From Macrostomum hystrix (lineage: Eukaryota; Animalia; Platyhelminthes): a stretch of 64,000 nucleotides of DNA. The DNA is taken from positions 20,832,001 to 20,896,000 of the forward strand of contig CATNEN010000038.1 of the NCBI GenBank assembly GCA_950097015.1, given 5' to 3'. This document shows positions 36,528 through 49,196 of this stretch, piece by piece; position 1 is the stretch's first letter; each line of letters opens with the position of its first letter. Under the pieces are notes generated by a model that did not search any database, had not been told where the DNA came from, and saw only the letters and a list, made by a program, of their open reading frames with translations. Both the position numbers and the translations under genes were made by a program.

Positions 36528-39500
36528 TATGCGTTTCTTAGAATCTTGGCCACCTTTTAGACAGCTTCCCTGTATGCGTTTCTTAGAATCTTGGCTACCT
36601 TTTAGACAGCTACCCTGTATGCGTTTCTTAGAATCTTGCACACCTTTTAGACAGCTTCCCTGTATGCGTTTCTTAGAATCTTGCTCACCTTTTAGACAGC
36701 TTCCCTGTATGCGTTTCTTAGAATCTTGGTCACCTTTTAGGCAGCTACCCTGTATGCGTTTCTTAGAATCTTGGCTACCTTTTAGACAGCTACCCTGTAT
36801 GCGTTTCTTAGAATCTTGCTCACCTTTTAGACAGCTTCCCTGTATGCGTTTCTTAGAATCTTCATCACCTTTTAGACAGCTACCCTGTATGCGTTTCTTA
36901 GAATCTTGCTCACCTTTTAGACAGCTTCCCTGTATGCGTTTCTTAGAATCTTGCTCACCTTTTAGACAGCTTCCCTGTATGCGTTTCTTAGAATCTTGGC
37001 CTCCTTTTAGACAGCTACCCTGTATGCGTTTCTTAGAATCTTGGTTACCTTTTAGACAGCTACCCTGTATGCGTTTCTTAGAATCTCGGCCACCTTTTAG
37101 ACAGCTTCCCTGTATGCGTTTCTTAGAATCTTGCTCACCTTTTAGACAGCTACCCTGTATGCGTTTCTTAGAATCTTGGTCGCCTTTTAGACAGCTACCC
37201 TGTATGCGTTTCTTAGAATCTTGGCCTCCTTTTAGACAGCTACCCTGTATGCGTTTCTTAGAATCTTGGTCGCCTTTTAGACAGCTACCCTGTATGCGTT
37301 TCTTAGAATCTTGCTCACCTTTTAGACAGCTTCCCTGTATGCGTTTCTTAGAATCTTGCTCACCTTTTAGACAGCTTCCCTGTATGCGTTTCTTAGAATC
37401 TTGCTCACCTTTTAGACAGCTTCCCTGTATGCGTTTCTTAGAATCTTGGCCTCCTTTTAGACAGCTACCCTGTATGCGTTTCTTAGAATCTTGGTCACCT
37501 TTTAGACAGCTACCCTGTATGCGTTTCTTAGAATCTTGGCCACCTTTTAGACAGCTTCCCTGTATGCGTTTCTTAGAATCTTGCTCACCTTTTAGACAGC
37601 TACCCTGTATGCGTTTCTTAGAATCTTGGTCGCCTTTTAGACAGCTACCCTGTATGCGTTTCTTAGAATCTTGGCCTCCTTTTAGACAGCTACCCTGTAT
37701 GCGTTTCTTAGAATCTTGGTTACCTTTTAGACAGCTACCCTGTATGCGTTTCTTAGAATCTCGGCCACCTTTTAGACAGCTTCCCTGTATGCGTTTCTTA
37801 GAATCTTGCTCACCTTTTAGACAGCTACCCTGTATGCGTTTCTTAGAATCTTGGTCGCCTTTTAGACAGCTACCCTGTATGCGTTTCTTAGAATCTTGGT
37901 CGCCTTTTAGACAGCTACCCTGTATGCGTTTCTTAGAATCTTGGCCTCCTTTTAGACAGCTACCCTGTATGCGTTTCTTAGAATCTTGGTTACCTTTTAG
38001 ACAGCTACCCTGTATGCGTTTCTTAGAATCTCGGCCACCTTTTAGACAGCTTCCCTGTATGCGTTTCTTAGAATCTTGCTCACCTTTTAGACAGCTACCC
38101 TGTATGCGTTTCTTAGAATCTTGGTCGCCTTTTAGACAGCTACCCTGTATGCGTTTCTTAGAATCTTGGCTACCTTTTAGACAGCTACCCTGTATGCGTT
38201 TCTTAGAATCTTGCTCACCTTTTAGACAGCTTCCCTGTATGCGTTTCTTAGAATCTTGATCACCTTTTAGACAGCTACCCTGTATGCGTTTCTTAGAATC
38301 TTGCTCACCTTTTAGACAGCTTCCCTGTATGCGTTTCTTAGAATCTTGCTCACCTTTTAGACAGCTTCCCTGTATGCGTTTCTTAGAATCTTGGCCTCCT
38401 TTTAGACAGCTACCCTGTATGCGTTTCTTAGAATCTTGGTCACCTTTTAGACAGCTACCCTGTATGCGTTTCTTAGAATCTTGGCCACCTTTTAGACAGC
38501 TTCCCTGTATGCGTTTCTTAGAATCTTGCTCACCTTTTAGACAGCTACCCTGTATGCGTTTCTTAGAATCTTGGTCGCCTTTTAGACAGCTACCCTGTAT
38601 GCGTTTCTTAGAATCTTGGTCACCTTTTAGACAGCTACCCTGTATGCGTTTCTTAGAATCTTGGCTACCTTTTAGACAGCTACCCTGTATGCGTTTCTTA
38701 GAATCTTGCTCACCTTTTAGACAGCTTCCCTGTATGCGTTTCTTAGAATCTTGCTCACCTTTTAGACAGCTTCCCTGTATGCGTTTCTTAGAATCTTGGT
38801 CACCTTTTAGACAGCTACCCTGTATGCGTTTCTTAGAATCTTGCTCACCTTTTAGACAGCTACCCTGTATGCGTTTCTTAGAATCTTGCTCACCTTTTAG
38901 ACAGCTTCCCTGTATGCGTTTCTTAGAATCTTGCTCACCTTTTAGACAGCTTCCCTGTATGCGTTTCTTAGAATCTTGGTCACCTTTTAGACAGCTACCC
39001 TGTATGCGTTTCTTAGAATCTTGGCTACCTTTTAGACAGCTACCCTGTATGCGTTTCTTAGAATCTTGGCTACCTTCTAGACAGCTACCCTGTATGCGTT
39101 TCTTAGAATCTTGCTCACCTTTTAGACAGCTTCCCTGTATGCGTTCTTAGAATCTTGGCCTCCTTGTAGACAGCTTCCCTGTATGCGTTTCTTAGAATCT
39201 TGGCCACCTTTTAGACAGCTACCCTGTTTGCGTTTCTTAGAATCTTGGCCACCTTTAAGGCAGCTTCCTTGTATGCGTTTCTTAGAATCTTGGCCTCCTT
39301 TTAGACAGGTACCCTGTATGTGTTTCTTAGAATCTCGGCCACCTTTTAGACAGCTACCCTGTATGCGTTTCTTAGAATCTTGGCTACCTTTTAGACAGCT
39401 ACCCTGTATGCGTTTCTTAGAATCTTGGCTACCTTTTAGACAGCTACCCTGTATGCGTTTCTTAGAATCTTGGTCACCTTTTAGACAGCTACCCTGTATG

Positions 39501-41040
39501 CGTTTCTTAGAATCTTGGCCACCTTTAAGGCAGCTTCCTTGTATGCGTTTCTTAGAATCTTGGCCTCCTTTTAGACAGGTACCCTGTATGCGTTTCTTAG
39601 AATCTTGGCCACCTTTTAGACAGCTACCCTGTATGCGTTTCTTAGAATCTTGGCTACCTTTTAGACAGCTACCCTGTATGCGTTTCTTAGAATCTTGGCC
39701 ACCTTTTAGACAGCTACCCTGTATGCGTTTCTTAGAATCTTGGCTACCTTTTAGACAGCTACCCTGTATGCGTTTCTTAGAATCTTGGCTACCTTTTAGA
39801 CAGCTACCCTGTATGCGTTTCTTAGAATCTTGGTCACCTTTTAGACAGCTACCCTGTATGCGTTTCCTAGAATCTTGGTCACCTTTTAGACAGCTTCCCT
39901 GTATGCGTTTCTTAGAATCTTGGCTACCTTTTAGGCAGCTTCCTTGTATGCGTTTCTTAGAATCTTGGTCACCTTTTAGACAGCTACCCTGTATGCGTTT
40001 CTTAGAATCTTGGCCACCTTTAGACAGCTACCCTGTATGCGTTTCTTAGAATCTTGCTTACCTTTTAGACAGCTTCCCTGTATGCGTTTCTTAGAATCTT
40101 GGTCACCTTTTAGACAGCTACCCTGTATGCGTTTCTTAGAATCTTGGCTACCTTTTAGGCAGCTTCCTTGTATGCGTTTCTTAGAATCTTGGCTACCTTT
40201 TAGGCAGCTTCCTTGTATGCGTTTCTTAGAATCTTGGCCACCTTTTAGACAGCTACCCTGTTTGCGTTTCTTAGAATCTTGGCCACCTTTAAGGCAGCTT
40301 CCTTGTATGCGTTTCTTAGAATCTTGGCCTCCTTTTAGACAGGTACCCTGTATGTGTTTCTTAGAATCTTGGTCACCTTTTAGACAGCTACCCTGTATGC
40401 GTTTCTTAGAATCTTGGCTACCTTTTAGGCAGCTTCCTTGTATGCGTTTCTTAGAATCTTGGCCACCTTTTAGACAGCTACCCTGTATGCGTTTCTTAGA
40501 ATCTTGGCTACCTTTTAGGCAGCTTCCTTGTATGCGTTTCTTAGAATCTTGGTCACCTTTTAGACAGCTACCCTGTATGCGTTTCTTAGAATCTTGGCCA
40601 CCTTTAGACAGCTACCCTGTATGCGTTTCTTAGAATCTTGCTTACCTTTTAGACAGCTTCCCTGTATGCGTTTCTTAGAATCTTGGTCACCTTTTAGACA
40701 GCTACCCTGTATGCGTTTCTTAGAATCTTGGCTACCTTTTAGACAGCTACCCTGTATGCGTTTCTTAGAATCTTGCTCACCTTATAGACAGCTTCCCTGT
40801 ATGCGTTTCTTAGAATCTTGGTCACCTTTTAGACAGCTACCTTTTATGCGTTTCTTAGAATCTTGGTCGCCTTTTAGACAGCTTCCCTGTATGCGTTTCT
40901 TAGAATCTTGGCTACCTTTTAGGCAGCTTCCTTGTATGCGTTTCTTAGAATCTTGGCCTCCTTTTAGACAGCTACCCTGTATGCGTTTCTTAGAATCTTG
41001 GCCACCTTTAGACAGCTACCCTGTATGCGTTTCTTAGAAT
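36528..41040. repeat. 45-bp minisatellite (tgtatgcgtttcttagaatcttgNNNNccttttagacagct[a/t]ccc), about 100 copies
   Basis: Direct tandem periodicity; source of the MRFLES repeat ORFs. Confidence 0.97.
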
Positions 41041-41509
41041 ACTTTTTGTACTTTAAATAAAGGCTACACGGTTCTTAGAAAATCGTCACCTGTGTAGCAC
41101 ATTTAACAAAAAAATTTCTGGTGTAATTTTGTTCCTTTAGCCAAAAGAAAATTTTAAGGAAGTTGCATGTAACTTTGATTCTTTTGTAATTAAATTATTA
41201 CGGAACAGTGAAGCGAAATTTAATAAAAATAATATCCCAGACTTACGTTCACCATAGCACAAAAAATTTTCGTAAGAAATTATTCCAGAAACTCGGCTAG
41301 AATAAACGGCGAGGCCAGTAGGTTACAACTCAGCTAGTGAGAAAATGTGACTTATTATATTTGTTCGACTCACTGAACAAACATTTTTTTGTTTCAATTA
41401 TAAACCCCGTAGCTTGAAAATGTTTCCTTTTTGAAGCGGAAAACTTTTCCTGAGAGATGTTGGATGTCGCGTTGCGAAACTTTAGCTTCATCTTATTCAT
41501 TGTCCTGGA

Positions 41510-41832
41510 GAAAATCGACAGCATTATTCTCACCTGGTCCTGAAGAAAATCGACAGCATTTTCCTCAGATGTTCCTGAAGAAAATCGACAGTATGTTCCT
41601 CAGATGTTCCTGAAGAAAATCGACAGCATTATCCTCAGATGTTCCTGAAGAAAATCGACATTATTTTCCTCAGATGTTCATGAAGAAAATCGACAGCATG
41701 TTCCTCAGATGTTCCTGAAGAAAATCGACAGTATGTTCCTCAGATGTTCCTGAAGAAAATCGACAGCAGTTTTCTCACCTGGACCTAGAAAATCTTCAGT
41801 CTTTTCCTCACCTGGTCCTGAAGAAAATCGAT
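41510..41832. repeat. 35-bp minisatellite (gaagaaaatcgacag...cctcagatgttcct), about 9 copies
   Basis: Direct tandem periodicity. Confidence 0.9.
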
Positions 41833-42233
41833 TGCAGTTTCCTAACCTAATCCTGCAGAAGTTAACCTAGAATATACGAGCTATTATCATCACCTCGAGC
41901 TAGCCAAGTTATTATTTTATTTGGGAACAAACTCAACTCTGCTAAATTGCAAATTTGAACTCGAGCTTTTAATAACGATTTGTTAAGCTTTTTTTTAACT
42001 GTTAGAAAGCCTACACGTAATAACATGACATTAAGAAAGATCAAGCATACGTTACCTGAGGGTAGTCAAGCAGCCAATCAAAAGCAAGCTAGCCATTTTT
42101 GACGCCGTAGCAACACGCCAGAGTGATGTTATAATTCTGATTTACACTTTTTTAGTTCCTGAAGAATCTAATTTTATCTAGCCGGTCAACGTTTTTTACG
42201 TGAGCAGAAAACTTTTATAAAAACGCATTTTAA

Positions 42234-42376
42234 ATGAAATTCAGTGTCAGATTAATCGACTGTTCAAAGCTGTTGTTACTGCTACTGCACTTGTCAATTC
42301 TAACTATCGGAGCTGCTTCAGCACCAGCTGACAGATTTCTGACGCCACAGCAACTGTTGCTAAGTGCAGATCATCG
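42234..42376 (+). CDS. Unknown type I membrane protein, exon 1 (signal peptide MKFSVRLIDCSKLLLLLLHLSILTIGAASA...)
   Basis: ATG at 42234, hydrophobic leader, CG|gtgagt strong donor (phase 2). Confidence 0.65.
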
Positions 42377-42460
42377 GTGAGTGAGGTCACAATTTTATTG
42401 GACAAATCTGAACTACAGATTCGCTTAAATTACAGAAAACTGGAAATTCTTGAATTCTAG

Positions 42461-42763
42461 ACAACGAGCAGTGGTGACAAAGCAAACTGCGTCTCAACCT
42501 ACTGTACCTATGAGTCGTCCAGTTACCATGGCAACAACTGAGATCAATCTAAGTGACGAGAAAACAACTCAAACTGAAGCGGAGGCGGAAACGGAGGCTG
42601 CTAGACAATTTCACAACCGGGTGTTCCGGCGGCGGACCCTGATCACCTTGCCGGTGATTGGGGCGCTAATCTTCGCCGTCACTGTAGCCTGTCGCTGCTG
42701 CTCCTGGATTAAACGAGACATTCGAGCTCACGACGATAAGATCAACAATATTCTCAGCAATAG
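42461..42763 (+). CDS. Unknown type I membrane protein, exon 2 (Thr/Ser-rich stalk, TM helix TLITLPVIGALIFAVTVAC, then RCC)
   Basis: ttctag|A acceptor is phase-compatible; AG|gtgccg donor. Confidence 0.65.
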
Positions 42764-42861
42764 GTGCCGGGCTAGATTGAATTTCTTGTTGTTTGCGATT
42801 GTAGTTAATTAAAATTTTTGCTAGGCGTTTCTACTCCGTTAATAGTCGGGCAACAGATTTT

Positions 42862-43150
42862 TCTACTGGTGAAGGGAGTGAGGTGGTTGCCCATTCTACC
42901 GAATAAGGGAGTGAGGTGGCTGCCCATTCTACTGAATAAGGGAGTGAGGTGGCTGCCCATTCTACTGGGAAGGGAGTGAGGTGGCTGCCCATTCTACTGG
43001 GAAGGGAGTGAGGTGGCTGCCCATTCTACTGAATAAGGGAGTGAGGTGGCTGTCCCATTCAACTGGGAAAGGGAGTGAGGTGGCTGTCCCATCAACTGGG
43101 AAAGGGAGTGTGGAGGCTGTCCATTCAACTGGAGAAGGGACTGAGGTGAC
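42862..43150. repeat. 32-33-bp intronic minisatellite (aagggagtgaggtggctgcccattctactg..)
   Basis: Direct tandem periodicity. Confidence 0.9.
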
Positions 43151-43189
43151 TGAACCAATCTAATGTTGCCGACGCGAACCGGGTTGCAG

Positions 43190-43424
43190 CGAGTTGCGTC
43201 TCCAGTACATCGCACAGCTGGATGAGCGCGAGGCACGCGACATTGAGCGCCAGCAGCGTCGCGCGCCAGAGGTCAGCGAAGGCCTAGTCACGGTTTCTGC
43301 TCCAGCGAACGCTGCCAGAGAGTCTTCAGCTAGCCTGCAGGAAACAGGTTGTTGGACGGATTTCAAACTACAGACGCAGCAGCAGCCGCAGCAGCATCAG
43401 CAACAGCAGATGTCTAACGCAAAG
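43190..43424 (+). CDS. Unknown type I membrane protein, exon 3 (ELRLQYIAQLDERE...polyQ)
   Basis: ttgcag|C (phase 2) and AAG|gtgtgt (phase 0). Confidence 0.6.
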
Positions 43425-43617
43425 GTGTGTTAGTGGCAGAAGAAACTAGCGAGTACTTTACAACTCACTATAATGAGCCAAGTTCTCAGCTCAATATGAC
43501 ACGAAAACAAATTGTATTAAATTCACACAACCTGTATTATATTTTCACAACATGCATGAAATATGTAAAAAAATAAAATACCATGCTATATACACCATAT
43601 CCGATATTTTTCCCGCC

Positions 43618-45408
43618 AGCTTACATCTATTCACACTAGCTAACATCTATTCACACTAGATTACATCTAGCTATTCAAACTAGCTAACATCTATTCACAC
43701 TAGCTTACATCTATTCACACTAGCTTACATCTATTCACACTAGCTTACATCTATTCACACTAGCTTACATCTATTCACACTAGCTTACATCTATTCACAC
43801 TAGCTTACATCTATTCACACTAGCTAACATCTATTCACACTAGATAACATCTATTCACACTAGATAACATCTATTCACACTAGATAACATCTATTCACAC
43901 TAGCTAACATCTATTCACACTAGATAACATCTATTCAAACTAGATAACATCTATTCACACTAGATAACATCTATTCACACTAGATAGCATCTATTCACAC
44001 TAGATAATATCTATTCAAACTAGATAACATCTATTCACACTAGCTAACATCTATTCAAACTAGATAACATCTATTCACACTAGATAACATCTATTCACAC
44101 TAGATAACATCTATTCACACTAGCTAACATCTATTCACACTAGCTCACATCTATTCACACTAGATAACATCTATTCAAACTAGATAACATCTATTCACAC
44201 TAGCTAACATCTATTCACACTAGATTACATCTAGCTATTCAAACTAGCTAACATCTATTCACACTAGCTTACATCTATTCACACTAGCTTACATCTATTC
44301 ACACTAGCTAACATCTATTCACACTAGATAACATCTATTCACACTAGCTAACATCTATTCACACTAGATAACATCTATTCACACTAGCTAACATCTATTC
44401 ACACTAGATAACATTTATTCAAACTAGATAACATCTATTCACACTAGATAACATCTATTCACACTAGCTTACATCTATTCACACTAGCTAACATCTATTC
44501 ACACTAGCTAACATCTATTCAAACTAGATAACATCTATTCACACTAGATAACATCTAGCTATTCAAACTAGCTAACATCTATTCACACTAGCTTACATCT
44601 ATTCACACTAGCTTACATCTATTCACACTAGCTAACATCTATTCACACTAGCTAACATCTATTCACACTAGCTAACATCTATTCACACTAGCTAACATCT
44701 ATTCACACTAGCTAACATCTATTCACACTAGATAACATCTATTCACACTAGCTAACATCTATTCACACTAGCTAACATCTATTCACACTAGCTAACATCT
44801 ATTCACACTAGCTAACATCTATTCACACTAGCTAACATCTATTCACACTAGCTAACATCTATTCACGCTAGCTAACATCTATTCACACTAGATAACATCT
44901 ATTCACACTAGCTAACATCTATTTACACTAGATAACATCGATTCAGACTAGATAACATATATTCACACTAGCTCACATCTATTCACACTAGATAACACCT
45001 ATTCACACTAGATAACACCTATTCACACTAGCTCACATCTATTCACACTAGCTCACATCTATTCACACTAGCTAACATCTATTCACACTAGCTCACATCT
45101 ATTCACACTAGATAACACCTATTCACACTAGATAACACCTATTCACACTAGATAACACCTATTCACACTAGCTCACATCTATTCACACTAGCTCACATCT
45201 ATTCACACTAGATAACACCTATTCACACTAGATAACACCTATTCACAATAGCTCACATCTATTCACACTAGCTCACATCTATTCACACTAGCTCACATCT
45301 ATTCACACTAGCTCACATCTATTCACACTAGCTCACATCTATTCACACTAGCTCACATCTATTCACACTAGCTCACATCTATTCACACTAGCTCACATCT
45401 ATTCACAC
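43618..45408. repeat. 20-bp intronic minisatellite (ctattcacactagctaacat), about 89 copies
   Basis: Direct tandem periodicity. Confidence 0.96.
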
Positions 45409-45418
45409 TTTCTGCTAG

Positions 45419-45884
45419 AAGCAGTGGCGTCGCAGGGCATCAAGTCGCACAGAAGAGTCGACAGCAGCTGTGGGAGCTGGCGCCGAAGAGCAGCAGGCTG
45501 CCTGTCGGCTTCGTCGAATCCGCAGCGTCATTGGCTGCAGCTATCATCCAGGCCGACGATCGGTTGCCAGCGTCGGCTGCGGCTGCAGCGGTACGAGTCA
45601 AAGACCTCCGACGAGCGGTGGCGGCGCGGTCAAAGGCTGCGGTGGTGTCGGCGAGCTCCGTCGAATCCACAGCACCGCCTACTATTATTATCCCTGCAAT
45701 TCAAACGTGGAATCCGATTTTCCCGCCGGTGTATCTGTTGCCATGGCAACTGGGAACGCCGCCGCAGCGGCAGCGAAAGCACTAGCAGAGGCTGGTCAGT
45801 TCAGACTGGCTAGGACTAAATCTCTCACGCCTGGTCGAGCCAGTTTGAGTCGGCGGCAGCAGCAGCAGCAGCAATCTCTGACGA
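45419..45884 (+). CDS. Unknown type I membrane protein, exon 4 (low-complexity cytoplasmic region, YYYY motif)
   Basis: tgctag|AAG (phase 0), in frame with ORF 45470; A|gtaagt donor (phase 1). Confidence 0.62.
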
Positions 45885-46024
45885 GTAAGTAAATAATTTT
45901 CGACAAAGACGAGATGCTGCTGCCAGACCTATTCGAATTCTACTATAGTTGCTGCTGGCACCCATTTTACATGGTTTATAGGATCTTGCTTAAGAAGAAC
46001 TCACGACTTCTTGGTCAAAAGGCC

Positions 46025-46365
46025 GGTGGGTCGGTGGCAGAGTGGTCTAACGCGTTTTCCTCTCGCGCCAAGGTCCCCGAGCTCGATTCCGCGGCGAGGA
46101 CACATTCATTTGGGGCGCAGCCGCGGAGAGAAGGCTTGGCGGCTTGTCGTGCAATTTACGCCCTTGAGGGCCAACCTCCAAGGCACAGTGAGAGTGTACA
46201 CTGCCTGACGATGAGAAAGTCATGGCAGATGTACACACCTGTGTGAGCCTGTGCCTGCGTCCGGAATCTGTGTGCGTGTGTGCACAGGAGTCAGCGAAAT
46301 GGGCAGAATTGCCTCCTCGCTGTCACCAAATGATGTGCCATTGCCCGCAGCCCTCCTGCCATTTT
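46025..46365 (+). mobile_element. tRNA-derived SINE copy 3 in intron 4 of the unknown membrane protein gene
   Basis: A box TGGCAGAGTGG, B box variant gctcgattcc; body nearly identical to copy 4. Confidence 0.85.
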
Positions 46366-46434
46366 TTATAACTATGATCAAAAGGTCAAGGCTCTAACCA
46401 TAAGGTGGTACATTGTTTGATGCACCTCTCGCAG

Positions 46435-46733
46435 CCACGACGTCGCCACCACCTGGCTGCCACGTAGGATCCGGCTGCAGACGTCCGGTGTTCTCAATCA
46501 ACAGCGCCGAGGACGATGATGAGGAGAAAACGGAAGATTCTAAGAAACAGGAGCTCAACGCGCCGACCGGGCCGGAAAAAGAAATCACGCCGACTCTGAT
46601 GCGCGGACCCAGCAAGCGATCACAGAACAGCCGTAGCCTGCCTTTGGAAGTCAGCGGCGAGCAGCAGCAGCAGCAGCCACCGTGCCACTGCCATTGTCAC
46701 ACAGCAACTTCTGGGCAGCTAACAAAAGATTAG
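46435..46733 (+). CDS. Unknown type I membrane protein, last exon (acidic patch, CHCHCH)
   Basis: ctcgcag|CC (phase 1), in frame with ORF 46413; TAG stop. Total CDS is 1446 nt = 481 aa. Confidence 0.6.
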
Positions 46734-46753
46734 GAAAATTGGAACTTAGTTGT

Positions 46754-47070
46754 CTCACCTGTCAACTCTGAGCAGTCTCACTCGTAAACCCTATGCAATC
46801 TCACCTGTAAACTATGTAGCCTCACCTGTCAACTCTGAGCAGTCTCACTCGTAAACCCTATGCAATCTCACCTGTAAACTATGTAGCCTCACCTGTCAAC
46901 TCTGAGCAGTCTCACTCGTAAACCCTATGCAATCTCACCTGTAACCTATATGTAGCCTCACCTGTCAACTCTGAGCAGTCTCGCCATTCAACTATATGTA
47001 CGAACAGCCTCACCTGTTAACTTTACGCAGTCTTACCTGTCAACTCTATAAACTCACATCTGTTAACTCT
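46754..47070. repeat. 67-bp tandem unit built of three ctcac-starting subunits of about 22 bp
   Basis: ctcacctgtcaactctgagcag recurs at about 67-bp spacing. Confidence 0.85.
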
Positions 47071-48938
47071 GTTCAAATGAGACTACCAGTTCCAATTCAA
47101 TACAAGTAGTGTTTCAGTTATTTTTATTTACTACCAATACTACTATTGCACTAATAGATTCGTTAAATAAGTAGCAAAGTGCGTATATTTCGTTTAGCGA
47201 GCTCTAATAAAACGTAGTAAAACGCAAGAAATATGAAAAAGATTATCAAGGCAAAATTTAACAGTTGCCAAAAGCGGTCCATGCCTGAAAAGTGCATCTT
47301 TCAGGTAAAGTGTTAAAACAGTATCATCGTATTTTTATTTAGATTGATTATAACAAAAATTATGATTCTAGCATAACTATTAAAACAATTGCAGGCTTGA
47401 GATCGTGAATTCATTTCAGACATCGAAACACATCCATTTGAAACTGTTTTATAATTTTTATATCTGAATAATCAGGGAAGATTGAAAAATGTAAATTTGA
47501 CACACAAACTACAACTACAAGGCGCAAAGTTTAGCAGTGAAATCAAATCATGTTTTACAAATTATAACAGTAACTCAAGAATTGGGCCAACAATTTAATG
47601 GGCACAGCCGGATTAGTATTGAAAAGAAAACCACAATTTACAAAAAAATGTGTCAATTAATTCTTTTTTTCAATCTATTTCTACGAGTCTTTCCTACGAA
47701 TCTACTCGTATTTCCACTATTTCAAAAAATTCGGCTGCTTCTTCGGCGGGTTTTTTTGTGCAAAATAGGAGTGGAATCTACCAAAATCCCCCCTATCTCG
47801 CAAGAGTTAAAGAAACCACCCAGGAAGCAGCCGATGTAACCGTAAATTGTGCGGAAACCGCCGAAGAATCACCCGAACCAGTGGCCCACGGGACAACCAG
47901 ATAATTATTTACGGGCGATTCCTCGGCGGTTTCTGAGCATGGAATCTTCCGAACTGGAGGATTCTTTGGGTGATTCCATTTCGCCACCAAGAAGCACCGA
48001 GAAAACACCCAGTTGGGTAGATTCTAAGCATGGAATCATCCGATTGGTCTGTTTCCAGCGTTCGGCTGTTTCTTTTTCTGGAAACACCGCAGATTCCAAC
48101 TGGAATCACCCAAAGAAACATCCATATTTTTTAGCGGGAATGGTGGACTTACACGAAAATAGGTCACTTGGTTTGGGAGCTACTGTGAAGTAAGCAGTAG
48201 GTATCTGAAATACCCCCGTATACAGCAAGAATAGATCATTAATAGTTCTATTTTTTATAAACAAAAGTGTAATTGTAGTTATTCAAAAATTAATATTCTT
48301 TTCTACTTGGACTTTTTGCAATTAATTACTTATTAATAAAATGATTCAAAATGTAGCAAAAACTATCACTTTAATTGGCTCAAAAATTGGCGAACAGAAA
48401 CACCGAAACGACATATCGTAGTTGAGCCCTGAACAAGAATAAATATCGAAATATTCTGCAACAGCAAGACTTTATAAAGTTATTGTTTTGTCTAATTGTG
48501 GCCACAGCAGAAGAAGCACAGGAAAATTTGAAGTTTCACTACCTAGTTTAGAATTACAAAGAAGAATTTGATTTTTTGCACTAGATTTGACAACAACGAA
48601 TTAAAATGACAACATAATAGACTCAAATGATCATGGAAGGTTCATTTATTGAAGGCGATTTAGAAAACTAAAATCTGAAAAGAAATTTTCAATTTCGATT
48701 GTCGTTAAAAAATTATTTTTTCATAAAAATAGTCCCAGAATAATTAGTAAACACCTATTTAAAAAAGCAATGACTTAAAGGGTGCTGTGATTAAGCAAGT
48801 TAATCCGTTGTTTTGTTCGCTTTCAGATTACCCCTCTAACGTATAAGTTTATCTTTGTGTCGATTAGTTTGGTTACACTTTAATAAGTCTCTATTGAGTT
48901 AAGATCAGTAGTATCATAAGCATTTTAGCCAACAATAT

Positions 48939-49106
48939 TCAATAGGCTGGCTGCTGATACTGACCGCCGCTGCCGGAGCTCAGGTCGCCTGACTCGCCGC
49001 CTCCGTAGGCCGACTTCTGATAGCCGGCGCCGCCCTGACCGGCTGTGTCCGAGCCGAAGCCCGGATAGTCGGTGCCCAGGTGTGGTCCGCCAACGCCGCC
49101 GCCAAC
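48939..49106 (-). CDS. SYNGR: Synaptogyrin exon 4, Gly/Tyr-rich tail ending YQQPAY*; protein 243 aa
   Basis: gtcgcag|GTT (phase 0). Reads VGGGVGGPHLGTDYPGF...GQYQQPAY then TGA. Confidence 0.82.
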   Translation of the reverse strand, partial: VGGGVGGPHLGTDYPGFGSDTAGQGGAGYQKSAYGGGESGDLSSGSGGQYQQPAY

Positions 49107-49196
49107 CTGCGACTCGATCTGCGTTTAAAGCAATCATCAACGACTGTCATGGCCAGGTAGGATTTGGTGGGAAGCATAAGAATGAGGAGAACCCTT

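Noticed and set aside
36529-41037. Long MRFLES...PFRQLPC repeat ORFs
   Set aside because: They are a by-product of a 45-bp unit divisible by three. The array has an in-frame stop and single-base deletions, and no unique flanking coding sequence.
42825-42906. Extra mini-exon in intron 2 of the unknown membrane protein gene
   Set aside because: The acceptor is plausible, but the frame runs into the minisatellite and stops, and I found no phase-compatible donor. Direct 42763-to-43190 splicing is in phase.
46025-46105. Functional tRNA gene
   Set aside because: The acceptor and anticodon stems do not pair properly, and the sequence continues into the shared SINE body.
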